Shown here in pieces: positions 48,770-63,514 of a stretch of DNA of 64,000 nt. The DNA lies in the NCBI GenBank assembly GCA_965287045.1, contig OZ336874.1, positions 60,884,001-60,948,000 of the forward strand. Reading direction: 5' to 3'. The notes beneath the pieces are model-generated. The model was not told where the DNA came from. It did no database searches and saw nothing but the letters and a program-made list of their open reading frames with translations. A program made the position numbers and the translations under genes. The DNA is from Carcharhinus amblyrhynchos. Taxonomy: Eukaryota. Positions within the stretch are counted from its first letter, which is position 1. Each line of letters opens with the position of its first letter.

Positions 48770-50520
48770 GCCAAACAATCCCACAACCAACACATCAGCA
48801 TAAAATTCTGTAGATCAGTATTTATGAATAGTGGGGGATGATTAAATAACAGGAGGAGGAGGATCATGAGTATTACCTCAATAATGGGAGAAGATCAGTG
48901 TATCAGTGAAAAACAAAGTTAAAGAAACTACAACAAATCTTTAGCCAGATGTACTGAGTGGATGATTCATCTCAGCCTCTTCCGGAGATCCCCAGCATCA
49001 CAGATGCCAGCCTTCAGCTAATTCAATTCATTCCACACAGCATCAAGGAATGGCTGATAACATTGAATACTGCAAAGGCTATGGGTTTTGACAACATCCC
49101 AGCAATAGTACTGAAATCCTATGCTCCACAACTATCCATGCCCCTAGCCAAGATGTTTAAGTACAGCTGGTAACGAATGAGGAACTTTACAAGATGGTTG
49201 GAAAATGCCTTCTTTAATTTATGCTGACTGGGGGATAGTGGTTATACTAAATTCTGCCTAGTGACAGACTGAGTTGATCAGTAACAAAACTGTTTGAAAA
49301 TTATTTACCTTTAGCAGCCAAATTACAGCTTGATCCAAATTTGGAAAAATAAAATAAGTTGAACTAAAGGAGAGAGTGACTGCCTTTGGCATCAAGACAG
49401 CACTTGACTGAGTGCAGCATCATGGAGTCCCAGCAAAACCAAAGCCACGTGGATCAGTGGAAAGCTCCCCACTGGCTAGAGACATACCTAGCACAATGGA
49501 AGATGATTGTAGTTGGCAAAGGCCAATCATCTCATCTACAGGACATTACTGTGGGAATTCCTCAATGCAGCATCCTAAGACCAACCAACTTCCAAGCGCT
49601 TCATCAATGACCTTCCCGTCATAAGATCAGAAGAAGCATGTTTGCACAATGATCAGCAGTATTCACCATTCCGCAAATACTGAAGCAGTCCATGTTCTTA
49701 TGCAGCAACATCTGGATAAATGGCAAGTGCCGTTCACGCTTTGCAATTACCCTTAAATCAAAAGAGAACCCAACCATCTCCCCTCAAAATTCAATGGCAT
49801 TACCATCACCAAATTACCCACTATAAACAACATGGAAGTTTACCATTTTAGTTCAGTTTCTGACCAGTCTGCAAGTACTGTAACTACCCTGTCATTGCCT
49901 TGATGCCAGGGGCAGCCACTCTCTCTTCTAGTTCACCTTTTATTTTTCCATATTTGGATCAAGCTGTATTCTGGCTGTTAAACCTATTAGTTAATTTTCA
50001 AACAGTTTTGGTCAAAGACTGGGAATCCTGAGGCGAGTAACTCATCTCCTGACTCCTCAAAGCCCGAGTAGCATCTCCAAAGCACAAGTCCGAGGTGTGA
50101 TGAAATACTCTCCACTTGCCTGAATGAAGACAACTGCAATAACACTCAGGAAGCTTCACCAACCAGGACAAAGACTGATCAGCACACCATCCATCATACA
50201 AGGTGCACTGCAGTAAGTCACCTTTCATTCAACAGCACATTCCAAACCTGTGACCTCTACCTCCCAGAAGGCCAAAAACAGCAAATGCACAGGAACACCA
50301 CTGCCAGCAGATTCCCCTCGAAGCCACACAAAGTGCTGAACTATTACTGCCCCTTTGTTGCTGGATCAAAATCTTGGAACTCACTTCCTAACACTGTGGG
50401 AATACCCACACCAGATGGACTACGGTGGTTCAAAGAGGGTGACCCATCAACAGCTTCTCAAGGACAACTGGAGATGTTTCATTAACACTGGCCTTGCCAG
50501 CAATGCCCATTCCCATGAAA
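48770..50520 (+). mobile_element. Fragmented family-B CR1-like LINE
   Basis: LNTAKAMGFDNIPAIVLK..APQLSMPLAK and GIPQCSIL.P motifs; the 3' part matches 1040-1761. Confidence 0.7.
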
Positions 50521-51999
50521 ATATATAAATGTTTTTAATATTGCTGTACCTCAATAAAGGAAAAAACTGCAACTATGATCAATGGTGAGGAGGTACATGC
50601 TTGTAGCATGACCTTTCAAACTAAGTGCCTATAGAAGTGCATAAAGAGTGATAAACAGTGTAAATATAAAAATCTTCACTTGGAAATCCCTTTGCTGTCA
50701 CTGAGACAAATTTCTGGAACTACCTTCCCAACAGCTTGCTAGGACCACCTGCGCAATTCATTACCATCTTCAAAATCAATCAAGGATGGATAATATTGCT
50801 ACACTTGTCAACGTCACCCACAACTGATGAAGAAGTACAACATTTTAAAACGGCTACAGCTTAAAGCAGGACAACAACTGGAGTGGTAATGGAGAGCTAC
50901 AGACTGTCACTTGCTAATATTTATCTGTGAATGCAGACATGTAGGAAATATCTGCAAAATTCTAACTGATGGTGTCAAATGAGTACACGTTAGATTTTGC
51001 TTTCACAGACTTTCATAACATTCAGTTCTATTGCAACCCTGATAAACACTGCAAAAAAATAATCATTTTATTCAGAGTTACATACAGGCCAAAGAAGATC
51101 CATCTAAATTCAAGGTTTACCAACCGGCATCCCCACTCCTCTCCTCCACGAGTAACTTCACTGCTATCTCACTATTTTGCTTTGCTGCACTAAATTTCAA
51201 CTTGCAAAACTGCTTCCTCACAGATTGGCAGAATAATCATTGCCGCCCCCCGCCCCCCCCCAAAAATTCAGCTTTTAGAAAATGTTTTGTTTTCGTCCAA
51301 GGAACTTGCTGGGGCATACATAATTGCTGACTTATGACTTCAAGACAGCCACTTAAGATTTGGAGCTGTGAATGCATCATTTGTACTTGCAGAACTACCA
51401 GGGCTTGAAACTAAAATTCATCACCTTTATTCCTTTTTTTTTTAAATGAGTCTTATTTATAATTTTACCACAGTATGCAACTGCAATGTTCAACAGTCTA
51501 ATCCTGCAGAATAGTAATCAACCAAGCAAACAGTGCTGAGCGATACTGTTGCAACAGCAGAATAAGCTAGAGTTGCTGTTCTGGTTAGACAACACCTCAA
51601 GTGCCAAGTCAGGGTGTGCTGTCAAATATGTAAGGGAGGGAGACACATGGGAAACAAAGGTACATTTTAAAATCAAATCTCAATTTTAGAACAAAGGAAA
51701 TCCTCCTTCATCTCAAGGGCTCAATTTTCGAAACTGGTATGGAGTTTAGAAAATTGACAAGGAAAACAAGGAAAATGCATTTCAGTAAATTTGAGCATGG
51801 GGGTAAACACCATCTACATTCAAATTCCTCAAAATGTGCTTTCATTGCACAAAGCTCTGTACAAAGAGCACAAATTGCACCCCAGTGGACTTTCAATATA
51901 GAATGCATTTCCAAAGTAGGTGAGTGGATGTCCAAATTCTGTAACCGTTTAAGAAGCAGTTGGCCACTGTGGTGGAGCATGTAGGACATTTACAGTTAC

Positions 52000-52830
52000 A
52001 TTTTCTTGTTTGTGGGATAAGCACATCACTGGCAGAGCCAGTATTATTGCCCATTCTTAACTGCCCTCAAGAAATTGGTGGTGAACCACCATCTAGAATC
52101 ATTGCAGTTTGTGCTGTGAAGATATTCCACAGCGCTGTTCAGAAGGGTGTTCCAGGATTTTCACCGAGTGAAGGAATGGTGAAATATTTCCAAATCAAGA
52201 TAGCTAATGACTGACAAGGGAACTTGCATTTGCTACCCTTGTTCTACAAGGTAGTAAAGGTTACAGACTTGGAGAACCGCGGTTGAAGGAATCTTGGAAA
52301 ATTGCTGCAGCACATCTTGTAGGTGATATACAGAGCAGTCATGGATCATCAATGGTGGAGGGAGCAATCATTTAAGATCATGGATAGGGGATCAATCAAA
52401 CAGGTGACTGTGCTGAGCACTGGTCATCAATACTTTCCAGCAGTTGGGTGATGATTAGACGGCAATTGGTCAGGTTCAATTTGTTCTGTTTTTTGTGGAC
52501 AGGTCATACCCAAGCAAATTTTCTAAATTGGCGAATGGGTGCCATTATTGTAGCTTTACTGGCACCAACTTGGCTAGGGGAATGGCCAGTTTTGTAGCAC
52601 AAGTCTTCTGAATTATTGTTTCAATGCTATCAAGATCCATAGCTTTTACTGTATTCAGTGCATTAAGCTACTTCTTGATCTCAAATTGATCAAGAATGGA
52701 TCTGTGGTGGTGGGAACTCTGGAGAAAGCAAATATGGATCAAATTGCAACCATCTTCAGCAAGAGTGCAAACAGTTCAGCCTTGCTGTGATATGTTTTTC
52801 TTCTTTAAGATCACGGATGGGCAAGTAGAA
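52000..52830 (-). mobile_element. Old family-B CR1-like LINE fragment
   Basis: Resembles 63515-64000. Confidence 0.55.
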
Positions 52831-52899
52831 ATCTGTTGCCTGCAATCCCTTTGTTATGTGGGAACTTCAGGACATCTCATGTTTCTGGGAAAATAATGA

Positions 52900-53710
52900 C
52901 TGTCACAAGCTTCACCCACAAACTTGGCAATAGTACATTCACGTCTCTCATCCAAGTCATTAATATATGTTATAACTATATTATATCTAAATATATATTA
53001 GAACTATATATTGTAACTAAACTGATCCCTGTGGCACTCCACTAGTCACAGGGTGCCATCCTGAAAATGCCCTTGTCATAGTTCAGTTTTCTATCAGATA
53101 GTCAATCTGCTATCCATGCTAATATACTATCCCAACAGCTCTGATCTTAAGTAACCTTTTGTGTGGTACCGTATCAAACGCTTTTTGGAAACCCTTTTTT
53201 TTAAAACATCTAAATGGTTACTCTTTATCTATCCTGCTCATTACCACCTCAAAGAATTCTCAAATTTGTCAGGCATGGTTTCCCCTTTATGAAATCACGC
53301 TGACTTAACTTGATTATAGAATCATAGAATCCCTACACGACAAATGGAGGCCTTTTACCCCATCAAGTCTGCATCAACTCTCCGAACAGCATTTACTCAG
53401 ACCTACCCACGCGTTTACCATAGTTAATCCATCTAACCTATGCATCATAGGACACTAAGAGATTTAGCATGGCCAATCCATCTAACCAGCACATTTTGGA
53501 CTGTGGAAGGAAACTGGAGCACTTAAAGGAAACACAGGCAGACATGAAGAGAATGTACAAAATCCACAGTCACCCAAGCTGCAATCAAACTCAAGTCCCT
53601 GGTGCTGTGAGGCAGCAGTACTAACCACTGTGCTACTTGACTGTATTTCTAAATGCTCTATTATATCCTTTTATAATGGACTTTTAACATTTTCCCAACG
53701 ACTTATGTTA
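52900..53710 (-). mobile_element. Old CR1 RT fragment interrupted by a SINE at 53317-53637
   Basis: FQKAFDTVPHKRL motif on the minus strand; the SINE has an (ATAGAATC)n tail and the same head as the other V-SINE copies. Confidence 0.75.
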
Positions 53711-54706
53711 AGGTCATAGCTGTCTGAAGTGAAGGGTCAGTATCAGCTTGAATCCATAACTGACTTAATAATGAAGAACAGTTAGTAGCAACAGTTGTTT
53801 TTTCAGTCTGATGGATTCAGTGATGTTCAAAAGGGACAGGATAAGAACTACTACTTTTTAATGATATGTATGAATAACTTGGAATACAAACAAAATTTGA
53901 TTATATCAAACTTGGAGACGTGGCACAAACTGACTACAATGGGACAATGCTAGACTAGCATATTGAACAGAAAAGCAGCAGATAGAATTTAATACTGGAA
54001 GCATGTGATGATGCATTTTGGCATAAGGCATTGGGAGAAGCAATATAGCATCACAAAATGGGAGGATGGTGTAAAATGAAAATTTAAAATCACATTGCCA
54101 TGTATTTTGTAAACCATTTTTGAGCAGCATTTAAGAAAAAGGAAATAGGAACAGGGTATTTTTTTTTAAAACTGATACAATTCGTCAAAGTGCTGTGAGC
54201 CAGGAAGCAGTTTAGACATTGATGAGATGTTGAAGAAGCAGAGGTAAGGGATGGAGCTATCCTAAGGAAATTTGAAATGCTAAAGGGAAACCTGTTTGTG
54301 TAAAAGAACGCCTTCTTTGTTGAACCAAAGACCCAAGCACTGGTCACTCAGACTGTATGGTGTGGTAATCACTAGCTAGATTTGACCAATAGGTTGTTGT
54401 TTGCAAAAACAGGAATCTCAGCAGATTTTTAGCTGCATGGAAAAAATACACTTTTGGGTTTTCAGTCTGAGGGACTAAGTGCTTTCTCTTATTTTGCAAA
54501 AGCTTAAGACAGTTCTTTGCAGTGTTTTATTATCTTTCTTCCACAAAAAAAATCTCATTTGTTTGTTTAATGAAAGAGGTCTGAGTTCTTACTGGTTCTG
54601 CAAACGTTTCTCACTAACATTCAAAACAATACACCATATGAAACTAGTGTTTCAGGATTGAACATTCAAGAACAGCTTGAATTGCCCCACTTGAACATTC
54701 AAGAAC

Positions 54707-54959
54707 ATTCTTCACTCAAAGGGTGGTGAATCTCTGGAATTCGCTGCCCGTTGATGTGGTGGAGGCCACCTCGCTAAATATATTTAAGACACGGGTAGAT
54801 AGGTTTTTGGTAGGCAAGGGAATTAAGGGTTATGGGGAGAAAGCGGGAAAGTGGAACTGAGCCACTTCAGATCAGCCATGATCTTATTGAATGGCGGGGC
54901 AAGCTCGAAGGGCTAGATGGCCTACTCCTGCTCCTATTTCTTACGTTCTTATGCTCTTA
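54707..54959 (+). mobile_element. Young CR1 extreme 3' end
   Basis: Near-identical to 400-659. Confidence 0.93.
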
Positions 54960-55502
54960 GCAACAATACTCTTAATGGCACAGAAAGATCTGCAGATTCA
55001 TATGTGTAGAGGTTTGAAGGTGGCAGGATTTGTTGACAGTAATTACTATCACATAAGTGATCTTGGGCTTTATAAGTACAGTAGGTCTCCATTTTCTGTT
55101 GTCCCATTTATGTCATCCTCTTTAACATCGTACAGTAAATGGGGCCACTATAACAGGTGTACAACAGAGAAAGAAAAATCTCACAGTTGATGGTACAAGG
55201 ACAAATCAACACTGATTTAAGGGTTTGGTAATGGAATCGTAGAAATGACATGGAACACTGTCTATAACCTTGGCAGAAACAGAGACAATTATTTTAAAAG
55301 GAAAATGGACAGTGACTGAGGGAAATGAATTTACAAGACTATGGAGATGGGGCAGAGGAATTGGACTAACTGGATTGCTCCTTTGAGAATCTGATGGATG
55401 GCCTCTGTGTTATAATCATTATGTGCTTTGCTCTATCATTGTTCAGAGTATTTGTGCGTGTGTGGGGGTGTCTCAGCTCACCAGGAAGCTGGCTGTGTGA
55501 GT

Positions 55503-55770
55503 TTAAGCTTATTTATTAGTGTCACAAATAGACTTATATTAATACTGCAATGAAGTTACTGTGAAAATACCCTAGTCACCACACTCTGGCACCTGTTTGG
55601 GTATACCAAGAGAGAACATAGCATGGCCAATGCATCTAACCAGCATGTCTTTGAGACCGTGGAAAGCAATTGGAGCACCAGAGGAAATCCATGCAGACAC
55701 AGGGAGAACGTGCAGAGTCTGCACAGTCACCCAAGCCAAGAATTGAACTCGGGTCCCTAGTGCTGTGAAA
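55503..55770 (-). mobile_element. V-SINE/HE1-type SINE lacking the extreme 5' end
   Basis: Homologous to 10700-11020. Confidence 0.85.
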
Positions 55771-57384
55771 TACTGGGAGGTCTGTCACTTTCCCCTCCCC
55801 CCCAACCCCATCCCCATCCCACCAGACATCAACTCCCCCACCCCCTCACTGATCACCACCCCCCATTGCAGAGTTCCCCCCGCCTGGTTCTACCTCCATC
55901 AGACCATGTCTGGCCCCACCCCTTTGGCACTCTCAGGGTGCCCAACAAGCAAAGCCATGCTGGCACCATCCAAGGAGTACTGCCCAGCCCCAGACAACCT
56001 GTGGGAGGCTTCAATGGCCTCCAGTTCCACCAGCAATGCCATCACATCTGATCCCATTGATGGGGGGCATCTGAGATCCTCACTGGCGAGGACCTCCAGT
56101 AAGGTGGAAAAGTTTAATGAGTCCGAGACACAACTGTCTGGGCTCACTTATGGCCTTGTGCCCTTTCTGGATGCGAGGCGGATTTTGTTGGCAGAACGGG
56201 GCCAGCAAGATCAAGGGAGGCAAGAAATCAGGCATGAGCCTCTTGCACATATTTTCTACCCCACTACTCAACCAGCGCAACAGAGTGGAAAAATCCCACC
56301 TGACATGTTCCGACCTCATTTTTAGATGAGTCTTGTCCTGATGGGAGGAACAGGACAAACCAAAGAATGGTGGAGAAAACTAGGACATTGGCCAAGAGAC
56401 ATAATTCTGTAGCTATGACCAGGTCAGACTACTGCTTAACTAAGTTATGTGGCTGCTCTCTGGCACAAATCTCAAGAGGTTAGTGAGGACAACTGAACTG
56501 AGTGTGCCTTTAATTGTCAGGATGATATGAATGTTTCATCGTTCAACTTTCTCACAGCAATTTGACACAAATGAGTGGCTTGCTAGGCCATGTCAGAGGG
56601 CAGTTAAAAATCAGCCACCTTACATAGAACATAGAACATAACAGCGCAGAACAGGCCCTTCGGCCCACGATGTTGCGCCGACCAGTTAAAAAAAAACAAT
56701 GACCCTCTAACCTAAACCAATCCCCTACCATCCATAAACCTATCCACGGATCTCTTAAACGCCCCCAAACTAGGCGCATTTACAACTGCAAATTACTGTG
56801 TGTAGATTCATAGTTAGGATAGAATAGAAAAGGACGGTAGACTTCCTTCCATTATGGACATTGGAGAACCAGATGTATTTTACAACAATGCAGTACTCCC
56901 ACAGTCACCATAACTAACACTGGCTTGTTACTCCAGATTTAAGTTACACTACCCAGCTGATAGGTGAGATTTCAACTCAAAGTCTCTAAATCATTAGTCT
57001 AGACCTCTAGATTATTCATGCAGTAACTCGATAATAATGCCACTATTCTCCAAAATATTTGAAATTGCCAAAGGCTTCTTCATCTGCATTTATTCTTTAA
57101 CTTTGTTACGCATAATATTATTCACATTATCAACTGTTTTCAGCTGATTTATATGCACCCACAAATATCTCTTCATTGCCATACATTAATCATGCTTACA
57201 TTATCTACAACGGGGTAGTCAACACCCACATCAGATGAGAGGAACAGAAGAGTGAATGATTTGTATTGATATAGTAACTTACATTACCTCCAGAACATGA
57301 AATTAAAAGCACATCTGTATTGTAGTCACTGTGGAGCTGGAGAAAACAGTAGTCACCATTTTACAGCAAAATAGGTTTGCAAGT

Positions 57385-58955
57385 AAGAATTAAGGAGCAG
57401 TAGGCCATCTAGCCCCTCAAGCTTGCTCCACCATTCAATAAGATCATGGCCTCAGCTCCATTTACCTGCCCACTCACCATAATTCTTAATTTTTTACTGT
57501 TCAAAAATCTATCTTTGTCTTAAAAACATTTAACAAGATAGCCTCAACTGCTTCACTGGGCAGAGAATTCCATCAATTCATAACCCTTTGGGTGAAGAAG
57601 AGGCCTTGCGCCCCAGTTCTAGTTTCACCTGCCAGTGGAAACAACCTCCCTGCTTCTATCTTATCTATTCCCTTCATAATCTTATGTTTCTAAAGGTCTC
57701 CCCTCATTTTCTGAATTCGATTAGGTGTGGTCCCAGTCTACTCAATCTCCCTTTCATAAGCCAACCCTCTCATCTCCAAATCAATGTAGGTGATTCGCCT
57801 CTGCACCCTCTCCAGTGCCAGTACATCCTTTCTCAAATAAGGAAATCAAAACTATACACAGTACTCCAGCTGTGGCCTCACCATCACCTTATACAGCTGC
57901 AACATAACCTCCCTGTTTATAAACTCCAAGCCCCTAGCAATGAAGGACATAATCCATTTTCCTTCTTAATTACATGCTGCACCTGCAAACCAACTTTGTA
58001 GTTCATGCATACATAAGAACATAAGAAATAGGAGCAGGAGTAGGCCATCTAGCCCCTCGAGCCTGCGCTGCCATTCAACAAGATCATGGCTGATCTGAAA
58101 TGGATCAGTTCCACTTTCCCGCTTTCTACCCATAGCCCTTAATTCCTCTGTCTATCAGAAACCTATCTACCCGTGACTTAAATATATTCAGCGAGGTAAC
58201 CTCCGCCACTTCAATGGGCAGAGAATTCCAGAGATTCACCACCCTTTGATTGAAGAAGTTCCTCAACTCTGATCTAAACTGCACCCCACCCCTCCTTATT
58301 TTGAGGCTGCTATCCTTTCTAAGCAGGAAGAATCTCCCTACCTCTACCCTTTCTAGCCCCTTCATCTTACATGTCTCTATAAGATCCCCCCTCAGCCTTC
58401 TAAACTCCAAAAAGTACAGACCCAGTCTATTCAATCCTCCTCATAGGCTAACCCCCTCATCTCCAGTATCAGCCTAGTGAACCTTCTCTGCACCCCCAAG
58501 GACAATATATCCTTTCGCAAATGCGGCGATCAAAACTGCACACAGTACTCCAGTTGCAGCTTCACCAGTACCCTGACACCTAGGTCCCTCTGCAATTTTT
58601 ACCATTTAAATAATAGTCCATTTTGCTGTTATTGCTACCAAAATGGATTACCTCATATTTACCAACATTATGCGCCATCTACCAGACCTTTGCCCACTCT
58701 CATAGACTATCTATTTCATATTCAGTGTCCTCTGCACGCTTTGCTCTGCCACTCATCTTAGTATCATCTGCAAATTTTGACACATTACACTTGGTCCCCA
58801 ATTTGAATTCATTTGTGTAAATTGTCAATTGCGGTCCCAACACTGATCCTCAACCAGAAGAACATTCGATTACCCCCACTCTTTGCTTTCTGTTAGTTAA
58901 CAGATCCTCAATCCACGCTAATACATTACCTGTAACACCGTGCACCTTTATCCTA
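57385..58955 (-). mobile_element. Older CR1 with a younger CR1 (about 58009-58575) nested in the same orientation
   Basis: Two successive CR1 3' UTR/tail units (57385 and 58009); ORF 58126-58434. Confidence 0.85.
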
Positions 58956-59765
58956 TGCAGCAGAATACCATGCTGTGGAAAGTCATGACTACCCATAAGC
59001 ACTCAAAGTTGCTGGCTGAATTTTATGTTACTGCAGTACTTAACGTTTTTGCTTTTAATATGCAAATATATTTTTCAAGAGTCAAGGACAAAATAAACTG
59101 GAAATGGTTTTTATCTGCACTTATGATTTACATTGTATTCTTCAACTCATATAATGGAGGCATCAACAATTTACTTTAAACAGGTCATTGATGCCATTAA
59201 AATACAGGTCAAAATATCAAATGCAAGACTGTTTATCCATTACCATTAATCAGAATAATTTCTTTGTTTCAATGATTTGAAAACAATACTGTTTTAGATG
59301 GATGCAATAAAAAGCTCAGCATCAACAAATAATTTGGGCTTGCTGCTTGCAGACATTTTCTTCAGAGATACCAATTCACCTGCATCCATTCTTAAACTTA
59401 AAAAAGTTTGTTTAAAAATAGTTAACTTAGCATTGCCTCAGTCCAGGTTAATTCTTACATCCCTCAGGCCTGTAACAACATGGTCAAAATAGGTCAATTA
59501 TATAGTTTTATTGCATGATTATTCCAAGAACATAGAACAACCAGCTAGATGTTCTAAGGAGCATGTTGTAAAAGTTCACGTTTTCACTAGAAAGTGACCA
59601 ATATTAGATACATCAGTCCCATTCTGCCTTCAGCTTAACTTACTGCCTTTTAAGTGCCATCAACCTGACATCCTGGACTGCTTTGAATGAAGGCATCTAT
59701 AGATGTGCTGGGTTCCAAAGACTGGCAATTAAGGACTTGTAACAAGAATTAATTTACTAGTTTCA

Positions 59766-60207
59766 GCAGCTCTTAAATGCTTATACTCTGCCTGCGCTCT
59801 GGGGGACAACTCCCATGCTTCCACCATGTGAATTAGATAGCCATGTCACCACATGACTACTTGGTCTAATCTTCCCGTTTAAGTTGGGACAAGCAATAGC
59901 ACTACAATGGAATAGCGCACATGAACTGTGTGCAAACCATTCTGTAACACAGATTGAATAGGCTAATATTACATAAATATTTACAAAGGGTAAAACACAG
60001 ATTAAGCTCCTCCCTGCCCCCATTTTATTGTGATGAAGGCTAATTGCAGATTTGTGCATTACGTAGTCCTGGAACCTTCTGTTTTGTCCCAGTTTAAACA
60101 AAGATTAGACCGAGTGGTCATGTGGTGACATGGCTACCTAATTCACATGATGGAAGCATGGGAGTTGTCCCCAGAGTGCAGGCAGACTATAAGCATCTAA
60201 GAGCTGC
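59766..60207. mobile_element. Foldback/MITE-like element with terminal inverted repeats of about 125 bp
   Basis: 59766-59892 is the imperfect reverse complement of 60084-60207; spacer about 190 nt. Confidence 0.85.
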
Positions 60208-60309
60208 ACAGTTATCTCAGGCACAATTTTCCAGAAGATGCATAGCAGAGCATGCAACCAGGCCATTGGACTTTGGGTATAGGGCGCTGCTCATGATAGG
60301 CTCAATGTT

Positions 60310-63300
60310 CCGTGTTCAAAACTTCTAAATTCTGTGCAGATAAATTAACAAGCATTGTCTGTCACGAGTCTGAGGGATGCCCTGTGCGGCGAAGTCTCTT
60401 GAGCTTGGTGATGATGGAGTTACATGTCATGTTTGGCAGGTAGTCAAGTTCAAACTACACGGAATACAAATTGGGCAAGACTCTAATAGGGGGATTTCAC
60501 TGGAGCATTCTGGGAGCAGTTGGCCCAGTAACATCTACTGATAAGTGGGAATTGGAAGATCTGGCGACAAGGAGCGATTAGGGAGGATGAGCTAACTGAC
60601 CACTGCACTGTGGTACAGGAGGCCACTCAAGAGTTAGGAGCAAAAAGAGCGATAGGGGATTCCATAATTAGAGAGACAGATAGTATAATTTGTAAGCAGG
60701 ATAAAGAATCCTGCATGGTAAGTTAAGTTGCCTACCCAGTGCTAGGATAAAGGACATCTCTAACCAGTTTGAAAGGATATTGGCGTAGGTGGGGGAGAAT
60801 CGAGTTGTAGACTACGTTGGGACAAACATAGGCAGGAGGACCTGTTTGGGAAATATCAGGAACTAGGAACCAAATTAAAGAACAGGTCCTCAAGGTTATA
60901 ATCTCTGGATTATTACCTGAGCTATGTGTGAATTGGCAAAGAGAGAAGACTCAGGAGGTAAACACATGGCTAAAGGAATGGTGTGGGAAAGAGGGGTTCC
61001 ATTTCGTGGGGCACTGGCATCAGTATTGGAACAGCACAGAACTGTACTGATGGGATGGCTCCACGTGAACTGATCTGGGACCAGGACCCTAGCAGAAAGG
61101 CTAAATAGGGAAGTCACAAAGATTTTAATTTAGTTAGTGGGGGACAGGGCTCAGTAAAAGTTAGTAAAGTTTCCATAACTAATCAGAGTAGAGAGTATGG
61201 AAATTGGAAGGAATAAAACTTCAGGCACAGCAGACAAAGGGAGGCAAGCAACACAGCAATGAGGGTGCTGTACCTAAATGCATGCAATATATGGAACAAG
61301 GTAAACGAGCTGGAAACACACATTGTAATTGGACTATACAATGTTGTGGGCACCACCGAGATATGACTCCAAGGGGATTAGAGGTAGGATCTGAGTCCTA
61401 CCAAAAGGACATGCAGATGGGTAGAGGAAGTGGGATTGTCTTGTTGGTAAGAAACAAAATTAAATCATTAGCAAGAAGCGATATTGGGTCGTACAGCGTA
61501 GAATCAGCGTGGGTAAAATTGAGGAAGTACAAAATGAAGGAGGCCCTGATGGGAGTTATGTACAGACCCCCGGACAGAAAATAAATCAGGAGATAGAAAA
61601 GGCATGTAAGAAAGGCAATATTATAGTTATCATGGGGGAATTTCAATATGCAGGTGGACTGGGAAGATCAAGTTGGTACAGGACCCCAAGATAAAGAATT
61701 TGTGGAATGTCTACAGGATGGTTTTTTGAGCAGCTTGTGCTAGGGCCCACTAGGGAATAGACACTTCTGGATCTGGTGATGTGTAATAAGGCAGCCTTGA
61801 TCAAGGAGCTCAAGGCGAAGGAACCCATAATAGGCAGTGACCACAATATTACTGAATTCAACTTGTCGTTTGAGAGGGGAGTCGTTGGAATTGGATATAA
61901 TGGTGTTACAGCTGAGTAAAGGAAACTAGAAGGCCATGAGGGAGGAGCTGGCCAGATTTAATTAGAAAGGGAGCCGAGCAGGAAAGATTATAGAACAACA
62001 GTGGCAGGAGATTTTGGGTAATTCAGAAGGCACCACATAAATTCACCCCAAGGAAGAGGAAACATGTTAAGGAGAGGACGAGGCAACCATGGCTGACAAG
62101 GGAAGTCAGGGACAGCATAAAAGCAAAGAGCATACTGTGGCACAAGGAATAGTGGGAAACCAGAGGATTGGGAAGCATTTTGAAAGCAAGCAGAAAACAA
62201 CTAAAAAAAGAGGCAGAGAAGATGAAATATGAGGGTAAGCAAGCAAGAAATAAGAAGATTGCAAGAGTTTCTTAAAGAGATGCATAAAGGGTAAGAGAGA
62301 GGCAAGAACGGACATTGGACAGCTGAAAAATGAGGCTGGAGAAATAGTAATGAAGGACAAAGAAATGGCAAAGGAACTGAATGGGTACTTTGCATCAGTC
62401 TTCACAGTGGAAGACACCAGTAACATGCCAGAACTTTAAGAGAGAGAGTCAGGGGGCAGAGTAAACGCAGCAGCCATCACAAAGGTGGTGCTAGGGAAGC
62501 TGAAAAGTCCGAAAGTGGATAAATCATCTGGACTGGACAGACTACACCTCAGGTTCTGAAGGAGATGGCATTGGTGGTGATCTTTCAGGAATCATTGGAA
62601 TCAGAGGAGGCCCCAGTGAACTTGAAAAAGGCGAATGTAACACCCCTGTTTAAGAAGGGAAGATAACAGAAGATGGGAAATTATAGGTCAGTTAGGCTGA
62701 CCTCGGTTGAAGGTAACCATCATTAAGGATGAAATTGTGGAGTATTTGGAAAAGCATGGTAAAATAGGATTAAGTCAGCATGGCTTCATCAAAGGGAAGT
62801 CATGTCTGACAAATCTGTTACAATTCTTTGGGAATGTAACAAAGAAGTTAGGCAAAGAGAACCAATGGACGTGATTTATTTGAATTTCCAGAAAGCCTTG
62901 GACAAGGTGCCTTACAGAAGGCTGCTAAAATAAGCTAAGAGCCAATGGTATTAGAGGCAAGGTACTGGCATTCAGACAAGATTGGCTGACAGACAGAAGG
63001 CAGAGAATCGGGATAAGGGGGCCCTTTTCAGGATGGCAACCAGTAACTAATGGTGTTCCACAAGGTCAGTGTTGGGACCATAATTTTTCACTATATACAT
63101 TTATGATCGGGAAGATGGAATTTAGGGCATGGTTGCTAAATTTACGGATGATACAAAGATATGTAGAGGGACAGGTTGTGTTAAAGAAATGGGGAAGCTG
63201 GAGAATGACTTGGACAGACCAGGAGAGTGAACAAAGAAATGCTAGATGGAATACAATGTGGGAAACTGTGAGGTTATGCACTTTGGTAAGAAGAATAGAG

Positions 63301-63512
63301 GCCTAGCCTATTCCCCAAATGGGGAAGGCTTCAGAAATCTGAAGCACAAAGGGACTTGGGAGTCCTGATTCAGGACTCTCTTAAGCCTAACATGCAGCTT
63401 TAGTTGGCAGTTAGGAAGGCAAATTTAACGTCAGCAATCATTTCTAGATGGCTAGAATACGAGCAGTAATGTGCTGCTGAGGCTGTATAAGGCTCTGGTC
63501 AGACTCCACTTG
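60310..63512 (+). mobile_element. Long degenerate CR1 including ORF1 (SGNH/GDSL esterase) and ORF2 (APE and RT)
   Basis: IGDSIIR..CLP.ARIKDI..VGTN (ORF1); VESAWVKLR..GVMYRPP, SDHN, NYRSVRLT, FQKALDKVP and VPQG (ORF2). Confidence 0.9.
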
Positions 63513-63514
63513 CA

